From IMG/VR virus record IMGVR_UViG_3300046537_000053: a DNA stretch of 64,000 nt, one strand, 5' to 3'. The notes below the pieces were generated by a model, which had not been told where the DNA came from, ran no database searches, and saw only the letters and a program-made list of their open reading frames with translations. This document shows, in pieces, positions 8,813 through 17,350 of this stretch. Numbering within the stretch: position 1 is the first letter of the stretch; each line of letters opens with the position of its first letter. Origin of the DNA: an uncultured virus (IMG/VR IMGVR_UViG_3300046537_000053) (Duplodnaviria; Heunggongvirae; Uroviricota; Caudoviricetes; Schitoviridae). The position numbers and the translations under genes are program-made.

Positions 8813-10066
8813 ATGAGCCAGATTGGCTTCCAAATGGTCCAGGGTCAGGCCCAGATCCTGATCCCGGAAGAGCTCGACAGCGACGACGAGCGGTTCAACT
8901 TTCCCGAGATGAACCGGCTCCTCGACCGGGCCAAGTCGAAGCTGTTCATGGACAGCAACTCGGCCTTCCTGGCTCCATTGCTCTGCTCGATGGAATTCCG
9001 CTGGACGGAGTCCGTCGAAACCTGTGCCACCGATGGCCTGCACATCTGGTGGAACCCCAAGGACTTCATGGGCTGCACCGAGAAGGGCCGGGTCTCGAGC
9101 CTCAAGCACGAGCTCGGCCATGTCATGCGGCTCCACAACGTCCGCCGCGGCGATCGCTGCCCGGATAAGTGGAACGAGGCCGGCGACATCGCCATCAACC
9201 GCGAGCTCATCACCGAAGGCTATGGCATCGACGGCTGGGCCAAGCCCGGCATCGGCCCGACGCCCCAGTGCCCACACGAAGTCGAGGAAGACATCTACGA
9301 CTGGCTGCCCAAACCAGGCGGTGGCGGTCAGCAGGGCAAGCCCCAGCCCTCGGCATCCGGAGGCGGCCACAGCTGCTCCGGGGTCATGCCGGTTCCTGGT
9401 GGTCCTCAGGCCCAACAGCAGGTGGTCAACAACGTCGTGGCTGCCATTGCAGCTGCCGACCAGGCCAAGAGTGCCGGAGCGGTCCCGGGACGGGTCCGCG
9501 AGATCGTCAACAAGTTCCTCGAACCAGTGGTGCCATGGCAGACGGCTGTCGCTAAGTGGCTGACCGAGAAGCTCGAGATGAGCTACACCTGGCGTCGGCC
9601 CAATCGGCGTTATCACCATGCCGGGATCTATCTGCCGAGTCGGTTCACCGACGAGAACCGGTTGCAGCACATCGCCTGCTTCCAGGATGTCTCCGGCTCG
9701 ATCGGTCCAAAGGACAGCATCCGCTTCAACTCGGAGCTCAAGTATCTCTGGGAAACCTACAAGCCCGAGCTGATGACCATCATCCAGTTCGACACCATGA
9801 TCCAAAAGATCGACACCCTCGAGGACGGCGACCCGTTCACCGAGATCGAGATCATCGGCCGGGGCGGCACCTGCCTCATCTGCGTCCGTGACTGGATCCT
9901 CGAGAACGAGCCAACCGCAGTGATCGTCTTCTCCGATATGTGCGTCGCCCCGATGGAAGCCCTGCCGGCCAACTGCAAGACCGACAAGGACATCCTGTGG
10001 ATCGCCGTCGATGCCTATGATGGCCATGAAGTTCCTCACGGAACGGTCATCAAAATTAGTGCTTGA
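8813..10066 (+). CDS. HExxH metallopeptidase-like plus vWA domain protein (N4 gp25-like)
   Basis: HELGH motif, MIDAS-like DVSGS, GRGGT, VFSD; paired with the MoxR-like ATPase. Confidence 0.9.
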   Translation: MSQIGFQMVQGQAQILIPEELDSDDERFNFPEMNRLLDRAKSKLFMDSNSAFLAPLLCSMEFRWTESVETCATDGLHIWWNPKDFMGCTEKGRVSSLKHELGHVMRLHNVRRGDRCPDKWNEAGDIAINRELITEGYGIDGWAKPGIGPTPQCPHEVEEDIYDWLPKPGGGGQQGKPQPSASGGGHSCSGVMPVPGGPQAQQQVVNNVVAAIAAADQAKSAGAVPGRVREIVNKFLEPVVPWQTAVAKWLTEKLEMSYTWRRPNRRYHHAGIYLPSRFTDENRLQHIACFQDVSGSIGPKDSIRFNSELKYLWETYKPELMTIIQFDTMIQKIDTLEDGDPFTEIEIIGRGGTCLICVRDWILENEPTAVIVFSDMCVAPMEALPANCKTDKDILWIAVDAYDGHEVPHGTVIKISA

Positions 10067-10090
10067 CAGCTATATAAATACCTCTACGAT
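10063..10090 (+). promoter_or_regulatory. Sigma70-type promoter
   Basis: TTGACA (10063-10068), 16-nt AT-rich spacer, TACGAT (10085-10090). Confidence 0.55.
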
Positions 10091-10205
10091 CACATGTCCA
10101 AATCGGAGGGGCAATTCCGATCGTTAGCGTCACAGGGACTAGAGCTAGTGCTTTAGTCACTGCGAACCTGACACAGGATTGCTCCCCCAGGGTGGGAGAT
10201 TTCAC

Positions 10206-10718
10206 ATGGTTATCAACGGCATAGACCTGCTCGTGCAGACGCCGATTGTCTCCATGCTGACCGAGAAGCACACCGCTAACGGAGTGAGTCACGGTCTGGC
10301 GGAGGTCGGCTACGACATTCGCATCAAACAGGAAATCCAGTTCCGGCCGTCGCGGATCGATGGATGTGTTTACATCCGATCATTTTGTCCGGTCACGACA
10401 GAGGAACGATTTGACGACGGCCGGTTTATCCTTGCTTCGGCAATGGAGGAATTCAAGATGCCCGATGGACTGATGGGCATCGTCCATGACAAGTCTTCGT
10501 GGGCTCGAAAGGGACTGTCGGTGTTCAACACCGTCATCGAGCCCGGCTGGCGCGGGTTCCTGACCCTCGAGCTGGTGTATCACGGCAGCGAGCTGCTAGT
10601 GATCCCGGCCGGGTCAGGGATCGCCCAGGTCGTATTTCATCAAGTTAGCGTACCCGCGGTGTATGACGGGAAGTATCAGGATCAAGCTGATCGTCCCGTC
10701 GAGACGATCCACGCTTAG
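10206..10718 (+). CDS. dcd: dCTP deaminase / trimeric dUTPase superfamily
   Basis: GYDIR, DKSSWARKGL, IEPGWRGFLTLEL, IAQVVF, YDGKYQDQ motifs. Confidence 0.9.
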   Translation: MVINGIDLLVQTPIVSMLTEKHTANGVSHGLAEVGYDIRIKQEIQFRPSRIDGCVYIRSFCPVTTEERFDDGRFILASAMEEFKMPDGLMGIVHDKSSWARKGLSVFNTVIEPGWRGFLTLELVYHGSELLVIPAGSGIAQVVFHQVSVPAVYDGKYQDQADRPVETIHA

Positions 10719-10824
10719 CAAGGTCCCGCAAGGGCAAAGCGTCGGAGCTACCCCTCCCCACCCACCCGGTCTCCGGCGTCACTGAGGGTCAGCAGTAACA
10801 CAAACCTGCTGACCCTCTTTTTTA
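10719..10824 (+). ncRNA. Candidate sRNA with C-rich loop ending in an intrinsic terminator
   Basis: CCC-GCAA-GGG hairpin; 9-bp stem 10739-10747/10771-10779 with loop ACCCCTCCCCACCCACCC; terminator GAGGGTCAGCAG/CTGCTGACCCTC plus T6 (10785-10824). Confidence 0.5.
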
Positions 10825-10871
10825 TTCAGAAACGCGGGCATGGCCACAGGCCTATGTTGGAATGTCCGCGG

Positions 10872-10907
10872 AAGAGCGGGATCAGCTCGGGGCTGGTCCC
10901 GCTCTTT
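10872..10907 (+). terminator. Terminator-like hairpin
   Basis: AAGAGCGGGATCAGC/GCTGGTCCCGCTCTT stem with short T run. Confidence 0.65.
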
Positions 10908-10998
10908 ACTATTCAACCCCACTAGACATAGAGTTTGTTCTATGTTTATTTAACTCCCGGGAGGTTGGCTAAGACCAAGTCAACCTGGGAGTGGGAAG

Positions 10999-11496
10999 AT
11001 GAGTCATTATGCGTGCCCGTCATGCGACGGGCCAACGTCAGTCGTAGAGACCCGCCGATCGAAAAAGGGCCTCCGACGTCGCCGCCGCTGCGGCAGCAAT
11101 CACCGTTTCACCACCGTCGAGCTACCCCATGACACCGCCAAGCGGGTCACCGGGCTGATCAACTGGCTAACCAAGCAGAACGGGTTTGATCCCGAGCTGG
11201 CAGAATATGCCCAGGAGGAAGCCAAGGCCATCATGCTCGGCCTTCCAGCTGAGGATGATGAGGATGAACTATCGACCGCTGTTCGTTGTCCCGAGGCACC
11301 TGACGGACAACATCATGATCAAGCCAGAACCGACACACAATCCCCTGAAGCCGGGCCGCAAGCCGGACCCGATGACCAGGGAACGCCAGCGCCAGGCCCA
11401 TATCAAGGGCCAGCTGCGGCGCCGGCACAGCCAACATATCGACCAGTCGATTGCCAAGCTCGAGAAGCGGTTGGCGATCCTGAAGGAAATTCGTGA
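10999..11496 (+). CDS. NrdR-like N-terminal zinc-ribbon protein without ATP cone
   Basis: CPSC...VVETR...RRRRRCGSNHRFTTVE matches the NrdR pattern CPxC...DSR...RRRREC...RFTTxE. Confidence 0.75.
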   Translation: MSHYACPSCDGPTSVVETRRSKKGLRRRRRCGSNHRFTTVELPHDTAKRVTGLINWLTKQNGFDPELAEYAQEEAKAIMLGLPAEDDEDELSTAVRCPEAPDGQHHDQARTDTQSPEAGPQAGPDDQGTPAPGPYQGPAAAPAQPTYRPVDCQAREAVGDPEGNS

Positions 11497-11506
11497 CGAA
11501 ATGTGA
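11264..11506 (+). CDS. Possible overlapping basic/coiled-coil protein
   Basis: GAGGA RBS with in-frame ATGs at 11255/11258/11264; stop overlaps the next ORF's upstream GTG. Confidence 0.45.
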   Translation: MNYRPLFVVPRHLTDNIMIKPEPTHNPLKPGRKPDPMTRERQRQAHIKGQLRRRHSQHIDQSIAKLEKRLAILKEIRDEM

Positions 11507-11532
11507 CTTGCTTTAAGCCTGGGGAGGGCCGA

Positions 11533-11871
11533 ATGAGTGGGACTGGGGCATCGCTGAATGACAAGATCGATCTGGCTCCATGGGGCTCTGCTCCTGGCCA
11601 TTATCTGTTTACCTGCATCGACTGCTCTCAGGACGACCCGAGAGACGCGCTGCATGTTGGTGCTAAACGAGCCTCGCGATGTATCCGCCATGCCCTAGAG
11701 GTTCGGCAACGCGAGATCCGCACCCTCCAGGACGATCATCGCGAGCCCGAAGAGCTCGTCGCCGAGGCGATCCTCCAGGTCTATGACGATACCAACTGCC
11801 GGGCACTGTTTATCGGCGCAATAATTATCGCCGCGGCAATCGTTGGGGCCCTCATCTTTCTGCCCCACTAG
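11533..11871 (+). CDS. Protein with CxxC...CxxH motif and C-terminal transmembrane helix
   Basis: GGGGAGGG RBS; CIDC, CIRH; ALFIGAIIIAAAIVGALIFL. Confidence 0.7.
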   Translation: MSGTGASLNDKIDLAPWGSAPGHYLFTCIDCSQDDPRDALHVGAKRASRCIRHALEVRQREIRTLQDDHREPEELVAEAILQVYDDTNCRALFIGAIIIAAAIVGALIFLPH

Positions 11872-11987
11872 CCACACCTACAATTCACCTCTAAGCAAGC
11901 CTCCATCGTCCAGCGGTGGGGGCTTCGCCATGCCGTTTGTTGGGTTCAATCCCCGATGCACCATCCATCCGAACCAAGGAAACCATC

Positions 11988-14444
11988 ATGCAGGTCACCC
12001 ACAAGACCGACCATATCACCCATGCGGTGATCGGCGGCCAGGCGGCTCACTCGTTTGGCATCAACGACAGCCCGGAGTTCTTCCGGATCCTGTCGTCGAG
12101 CCTCTATTCCGACAAGAAGCTCGCCGTCATCCGCGAGATCTTGTGCAACGCCCACGACGCCCACGTCGAATTCGGCGTTACCCGGCCGATCGAGGTCACG
12201 GTCAGCAATGACCAGCTGATCATCCGCGATTTCGGCCCCGGCATCTCGCCCGGCGACATCACCAAAAACTATACCACCTACGGCGGCACCACCAAGCTTG
12301 CCAACGAGAAGGTCACCGGGGGCTTCGGCCTCGGCTCGAAGGCACCGTTCGCCTATGCCGACCACTTCGAGGTGGTCAGCTGCCACAAGGGCCGCAAGCA
12401 CATCTACCGGATGAGCCTCAGCAACGCCGAAGTCGACGGCAAGCCCAGCGTCATGAAGATCATGGACGCGATTTGTGGCGACGAGACCGGCGTCCAGGTC
12501 AGTGTCGATATCGACAGCTCCGACCGCCGCTCATTCGAGGAGATCGTCCGCAAGATCGCCCGCAACGGCGAGATGAGCGTCCAGCTCAACGGCGACGACA
12601 TCTCGACCCTGCCGTTCAGCCAGGCTCCCAATGGCTTCATCATGCTGCCGTCCATGGCTACCGGCCATGCCGCCTGGTGCCAGCTTCGTTATGGCCATGT
12701 GATCTACCCGGTCGAGCTCGACAAAAGGTTCGGTCTAGAATGGGACCGGGCCCGCAAATTCCTGCGAAGCATCGATAACCGCGGCAACCGCTGGCACAAT
12801 GACGATACCTGGTCAGTCGTGCTCTACGCTGAGCCCGGCGACGTCTCGGTCACCCCGAGCCGCGAAACCCTGTCGATGACCGACAAGACGGTCGAGACTA
12901 TTCGCAAGCTGCTGGCCGAGTTCGCCAACAAGGTCGAAGGCAAGCTCGATGACGAATGCGTCGAGATCCTCAAGGAAGCCGTCTCCACCATCTGGGCGGA
13001 CGGCGTCCCGGGAACCCTGTGCAATCCCAAGAAGCTGATGCCCAACAAGGCCTTCTTCGCCAGGAAGAAAGGCGAGCTGGGCAACGCATTGTTCACCGTT
13101 CGCGAGGCGGCCTGGCACTTCATGTGCGGCGAGAATTATCCCGGCCACGCCAGGTTCTACTTCGAGGACCTCAAGCTCCGCGTCCAGGCGATGATCGACC
13201 AGGACTTCGGCGACAAGCCATTGAACCGCCGCTATCTCCAGGAGCTCAAGCGACTCGGCAAAGCCGAGGCCCGCTCTTCCTGGTTCCAAAAGCGGGTCGT
13301 CTGGCCGCTGATCAACGACCTCAAACAGCAGGAAGCCAGCGGCACTCACGCCCTCAAGCTCAAGAATATGTTCTCGGTCGAGTGGGGCAACAAGGCCCGC
13401 GGCTACGGCCAGGCCCTGATCATGCTGCCGGTTGGCAGCCTGCATCTGCCGGCCATCAACGAGGCCCTGCCCTACCTTCGCCGGAGGGTGATCCTCACCC
13501 ATAACCGCAGCGAGGTGGTCGATCCCGAGCTCAACATCGATCTCCGCAAGAAGCTCGAGGATTATCACGGCAGCCTGCGGAGCACTTTCTGCTATGTCGT
13601 ACCGCGGCAACCGGCCAAGATCCTGGAAGCGATCAACTTCTTCACCGCCCGCGGCTTCGAGATTACCGACATGACGCCCGAGCAGGTGATCGAACGTGAT
13701 CCCAATGCTCCCAAAACGGTATCCAGGCCCCGCCGCAAGGGCCTGCCGACCCTGTCGTCATTCGTCAACGACGAGGGCAAGTTCGAGGCCAGCTTCGGCT
13801 ATTATCACAATCCCAAGGCGGTGCTGACCGAAACCCCCCAGTTCGCCACGATGATCAATCCCAACCGGATCAACCTCGACCACTTCGGCGGCAGCTCAGC
13901 TATGGTGATCGGCCCGATCCTCCGGCTATGGGGCGACCTCGGTGTGGCCTGCCCATCGCGAGCCAGCTACGACAAGATGCTCGAGCTGGGCGTCAAGCCG
14001 ATCGAGGAATGGGTCATGGCCCAGCTCGAGACCGAGCTCGCCAACAATACCGCCATCGCCACCTATTACCAGGCCTATGCCCCGGCCGACTTCAACTTCG
14101 GCGAACGGGTGATGGAGTTGTTCGCGGTGGTCCGCAACGACGAGACGCTCCGCAAAAGGTTCAAGATGCCGGCTCACCTGCCCCAGCGGGAACGGGACCT
14201 GGTCACCTTGCTCGAAATGTGGAGCAGCGACGATTACACCCTCAGTCGCAAGCACCCGGCCATCTATGCGATCAAGCAGAGCTGGAAGGCCTCCCCGGCG
14301 TCACTCAAACTCTACGACACCGTTCACAAGAACCCGCTGCTCAAGGCGATCAATCTTACCCAGTTGATCGGCATGACCCGTAATGCCGCCCCTGAATTAG
14401 CACTCAAGGCGCGGAAACTCCTACTGTCCGTCCTGAAAGGTTAA
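11988..14444 (+). CDS. rIIA: rIIA-like protein
   Basis: N-terminal GHKL motifs LYSDKKLAVIREILCNAHDAH, IRDFGPGI, GGFGLGSKAPFAY; next to rIIB. Confidence 0.9.
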   Translation: MQVTHKTDHITHAVIGGQAAHSFGINDSPEFFRILSSSLYSDKKLAVIREILCNAHDAHVEFGVTRPIEVTVSNDQLIIRDFGPGISPGDITKNYTTYGGTTKLANEKVTGGFGLGSKAPFAYADHFEVVSCHKGRKHIYRMSLSNAEVDGKPSVMKIMDAICGDETGVQVSVDIDSSDRRSFEEIVRKIARNGEMSVQLNGDDISTLPFSQAPNGFIMLPSMATGHAAWCQLRYGHVIYPVELDKRFGLEWDRARKFLRSIDNRGNRWHNDDTWSVVLYAEPGDVSVTPSRETLSMTDKTVETIRKLLAEFANKVEGKLDDECVEILKEAVSTIWADGVPGTLCNPKKLMPNKAFFARKKGELGNALFTVREAAWHFMCGENYPGHARFYFEDLKLRVQAMIDQDFGDKPLNRRYLQELKRLGKAEARSSWFQKRVVWPLINDLKQQEASGTHALKLKNMFSVEWGNKARGYGQALIMLPVGSLHLPAINEALPYLRRRVILTHNRSEVVDPELNIDLRKKLEDYHGSLRSTFCYVVPRQPAKILEAINFFTARGFEITDMTPEQVIERDPNAPKTVSRPRRKGLPTLSSFVNDEGKFEASFGYYHNPKAVLTETPQFATMINPNRINLDHFGGSSAMVIGPILRLWGDLGVACPSRASYDKMLELGVKPIEEWVMAQLETELANNTAIATYYQAYAPADFNFGERVMELFAVVRNDETLRKRFKMPAHLPQRERDLVTLLEMWSSDDYTLSRKHPAIYAIKQSWKASPASLKLYDTVHKNPLLKAINLTQLIGMTRNAAPELALKARKLLLSVLKG

Positions 14445-14448
14445 GACT

Positions 14449-16428
14449 ATGGCTACAATTCGCGTCAAGGCAGCGGTGGTCGACACCAAAAAGCTGCTGC
14501 TCTACAAGGAAGACGGCTCAACCGTCTCCATTCCCCAGGGCGACCCTCGCATCGCGTCCCTGGTCCAGCAGATCCTGCCGGCCATCAATGCCGGAGCGAT
14601 CGTCGAGATCGACCTCAAGATCGAGAACCAGTACCGGGACTTCGAAGAGGCCCAGGACGAAAGCGGCGGCATCGTCCGCTTCTTCCGCACCGCCCGCTCC
14701 AAGCTCGGCGGGATCTTCAGGACCGAGGAGTCGGCCGAACTGCCGACCGGCGTGTTCGGCGAGATCCCGGTGGTCGCCAATCTCAACACCGCGATCGAAG
14801 AGATCATCGCCCACTCCCAGCCGGTCACCCAGCCGGAATTCTCGTCGGCCGATACCCAGCCGCACGAGACAATCATCGCCGTGGTTGAGGATGCTCAGGG
14901 CGAGACCCGGGTCATCCCCGGCGTCGAGGCGCTCAAGGATATCTTCGAGCACTCGGCCAAGCACCGCCATACCAAGGGCGTGCAGGCCCTACTCAAGCGG
15001 ATGGCCGGCTATATCAGCCAGCGCCAGCACTCGGTCGAGGACCTGCTCCGGTTCCTTGAGAAGGGCGACCTGCCGATTGCCGACGACGGCTGCATCATCG
15101 CCTACAAGTCGCTCTACAGCCGCAACGAAAACGGCGAGACCTACTTCGTCGACCCGCACACCCAGAAGGTCCGGCAGAAAGTCGGCTCCTACGTCTGCGT
15201 CGCCGAGGATCTGGTCGACAAGAACCGTCGCAACGAATGTTCGAACGGTCTCCACATCGGCCGGCGTGCCTACATGCGGGGCTTCAGCGGCAACGCCATG
15301 ATGCTGTGCAAGATTGCTCCGGAAGACGTCATCGTCGTCCCCCACGGTGATCCCAACAAGGTCCGGGTCTGTGGCTATCATATCCTGGCTCAGCTGCCTG
15401 ACAAGGCTCGCAGCCAGATCAAGGAAAACCGGCCGATGACCGAGATCGAAGGCATTGGTGACCTGCTCGCCAAAGTCCTCGCCGGCAACCACGTCGATAT
15501 CCTCGAGCGGGTCGAGATCCAGGGCCAGCTCGGCGAGGACGTGGTCATCACCCCGACCGGTAAGATCCGCAAGCTGGGCAAGAACCGGCAGAAGGACACC
15601 GCTCCGATCGACAGCGCCCTCGATGACAAGCGCAACGCCAAGCCGGAGCAGCAACCGTCGAGGGTCAACGTCAAGGACGTGTCGGCGGCCGTTACCGGCT
15701 CTCGCCAGCAGAAAGCCAGTCACTTGTGGATGGTGCTGACCACCATCACCAACTCTCCAGATGTTCGCATCGCTGCAGCGAAGGAACTGCTGGCCTTCCA
15801 GAAGAAGGTTAAGATCGGCTGGTCCCGTCTTGGCCTGACGAAGGAACAGGTGGCAACGGCAGTCAATATCGCTAACAGTCCTGAAAAGGATCTCAGGGCA
15901 GCCGCCAAGGCCGCAATGCCGAAGAAGGCTCCCAAGAAGCCTGCCAAGGCCTCGAAGCGTTCTACGGCCGCTCCACGGCCCAGCAATCCGGCAAAAGTTG
16001 CCGAGGCACTGGTCAAGGATGTACCGGCACCGGCCAGCAAGGCGCTGACCAAGACCCAGTATATCCGAATGCTGGCCGATCAACTCGAAGATCCCACGCT
16101 ACCACCTGCAGGTCAGGCAGTTGTCGCTCGACAGATGCTCGACTTCCGTCGCGCTTCGAAGAAGAGCTGGGAGTCATACCAGATCGAAATGTCGGACGAA
16201 CGGCTCAAGAAGATCATCAATGCGGCACCGGTCAACGTGCCGCACGGTGATGGCCGCTACCCGGGTCGGCCCAAGAATGATCCAATGGAAATGAGCTTGC
16301 CGGCTGATAAGAAGGAAGCTCTCCGCCTGGTCCGAGAGGGCCAGACGGTAAGCCAGGCCTCCAAAGCCACCGGAGTTCACCGTCGCACGATCGATCGACT
16401 GATCGGTCTATATGGTAACGGCAAATAA
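14449..16428 (+). CDS. rIIB: rIIB-like protein with C-terminal HTH
   Basis: LPIADDGCIIAYK, ECSNGLHIG, KIAPEDVIVVP, KVRVCGYHIL motifs. Confidence 0.9.
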   Translation: MATIRVKAAVVDTKKLLLYKEDGSTVSIPQGDPRIASLVQQILPAINAGAIVEIDLKIENQYRDFEEAQDESGGIVRFFRTARSKLGGIFRTEESAELPTGVFGEIPVVANLNTAIEEIIAHSQPVTQPEFSSADTQPHETIIAVVEDAQGETRVIPGVEALKDIFEHSAKHRHTKGVQALLKRMAGYISQRQHSVEDLLRFLEKGDLPIADDGCIIAYKSLYSRNENGETYFVDPHTQKVRQKVGSYVCVAEDLVDKNRRNECSNGLHIGRRAYMRGFSGNAMMLCKIAPEDVIVVPHGDPNKVRVCGYHILAQLPDKARSQIKENRPMTEIEGIGDLLAKVLAGNHVDILERVEIQGQLGEDVVITPTGKIRKLGKNRQKDTAPIDSALDDKRNAKPEQQPSRVNVKDVSAAVTGSRQQKASHLWMVLTTITNSPDVRIAAAKELLAFQKKVKIGWSRLGLTKEQVATAVNIANSPEKDLRAAAKAAMPKKAPKKPAKASKRSTAAPRPSNPAKVAEALVKDVPAPASKALTKTQYIRMLADQLEDPTLPPAGQAVVARQMLDFRRASKKSWESYQIEMSDERLKKIINAAPVNVPHGDGRYPGRPKNDPMEMSLPADKKEALRLVREGQTVSQASKATGVHRRTIDRLIGLYGNGK

Positions 16429-16440
16429 ACCTTGGATTTG

Positions 16441-16480
16441 TCTCGCTGGTCTCCTAATCGGGGACCAGCGAGATATTTTT
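16441..16480 (+). terminator. Intrinsic terminator
   Basis: TCTCGCTGGTCTCC/GGGGACCAGCGAGA then TATTTTT. Confidence 0.8.
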
Positions 16481-16495
16481 AGCGAAGGAAAGTTC

Positions 16496-16813
16496 ATGTC
16501 TACTGCCAACCGCCCCAATCGAAAAGCGGACGACAAGGATATCATCCGGCTCAACAGCGTCGGCCTGTCGCTGGCCACCACCGCCAAGACGCTCGACGTC
16601 CACCCGACTACCATCACCCTACGGCTCAAGCAGCTGGGGATCCAGCCGGCTGACACCCGGCGTGCCTTTATGGAGGACATCGTCCGCCAGCTGCCGTCCG
16701 AACAGGTCGACTGGCTGGCCGATCAGCTCGGCCCCCATCTGTCCGTCAAGGATTTCGTTCGCAATCTCCTCGTGGAAAAGTTCATCGAGGACCAACAGAA
16801 AGTCGCCGCATGA
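16496..16813 (+). CDS. HTH DNA-binding protein (N4 gp35-like)
   Basis: GLSLATTAKTLDVHPTTITLRL helix-turn-helix; AAGGA RBS. Confidence 0.85.
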   Translation: MSTANRPNRKADDKDIIRLNSVGLSLATTAKTLDVHPTTITLRLKQLGIQPADTRRAFMEDIVRQLPSEQVDWLADQLGPHLSVKDFVRNLLVEKFIEDQQKVAA

Positions 16814-17274
16814 CCACTCAGTTTCCCGTCCTGACCCATACCAAAGCCTGGTTCGAGGCGGCCCGACCATTGCCGGTGTCCAAGGACATCCACAGCCAGC
16901 TCGGCTGTCACTTCGAGGAAGTGAAGGAGATGATCGACGAGGTCGAGGGACTCGACACTGACACCCAGCAACTGCTGGATGCGGCCGGCGATGCCATTCA
17001 CACCCTGGCCGAGCACCTCAAGTCAATGGACGGGGTGATTGTCGTCCGCCATGGCAACCGGATAGGCATGATCGATGCGATCGCCGACCAGCTGGTTACC
17101 GCAACCGGCGTCGCCCATTGCCTGGCGATGGATCCGGTCGGGGCCCTCAACGAGGTCAACCGCTCGAACTATTCGAAGTTCGACGATAACAGCCAGCCGA
17201 TCTATGATCCGGTGACCCACAAGGTCATCAAGGGTCCGAACTACAGCAAGGCTGACCTCACTCCCTATGTTTGA
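16810..17274 (+). CDS. MazG-like NTP pyrophosphohydrolase
   Basis: EEVKE, DAIADQLVT, EVNRSNYSK, KVIKGPNY motifs. Confidence 0.85.
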   Translation: MTTQFPVLTHTKAWFEAARPLPVSKDIHSQLGCHFEEVKEMIDEVEGLDTDTQQLLDAAGDAIHTLAEHLKSMDGVIVVRHGNRIGMIDAIADQLVTATGVAHCLAMDPVGALNEVNRSNYSKFDDNSQPIYDPVTHKVIKGPNYSKADLTPYV

Positions 17275-17302
17275 GTTGGGTTTCAGCCCTGCCTAATACA
17301 TC

Positions 17303-17338
17303 GAAGCCCCTCGCCTGACCGCGGGGGGCTTCTCATTT
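17303..17338 (+). terminator. Terminator-like hairpin
   Basis: GAAGCCCCTCGC/GCGGGGGGCTTC stem. Confidence 0.6.
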
Positions 17339-17350
17339 CAAGGATCCCCC

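Noticed and set aside
7943..10039. 698-aa minus-strand ORF
   Set aside because: Antisense shadow of the AAA and vWA genes caused by GC-rich codon bias; no motifs.
11892..11967. tRNA-like T-arm (TTGGG-TTCAATC-CCCGA) followed by 8 nt and CCA
   Set aside because: No matching 5' acceptor strand, D-arm or anticodon arm at the required distance.
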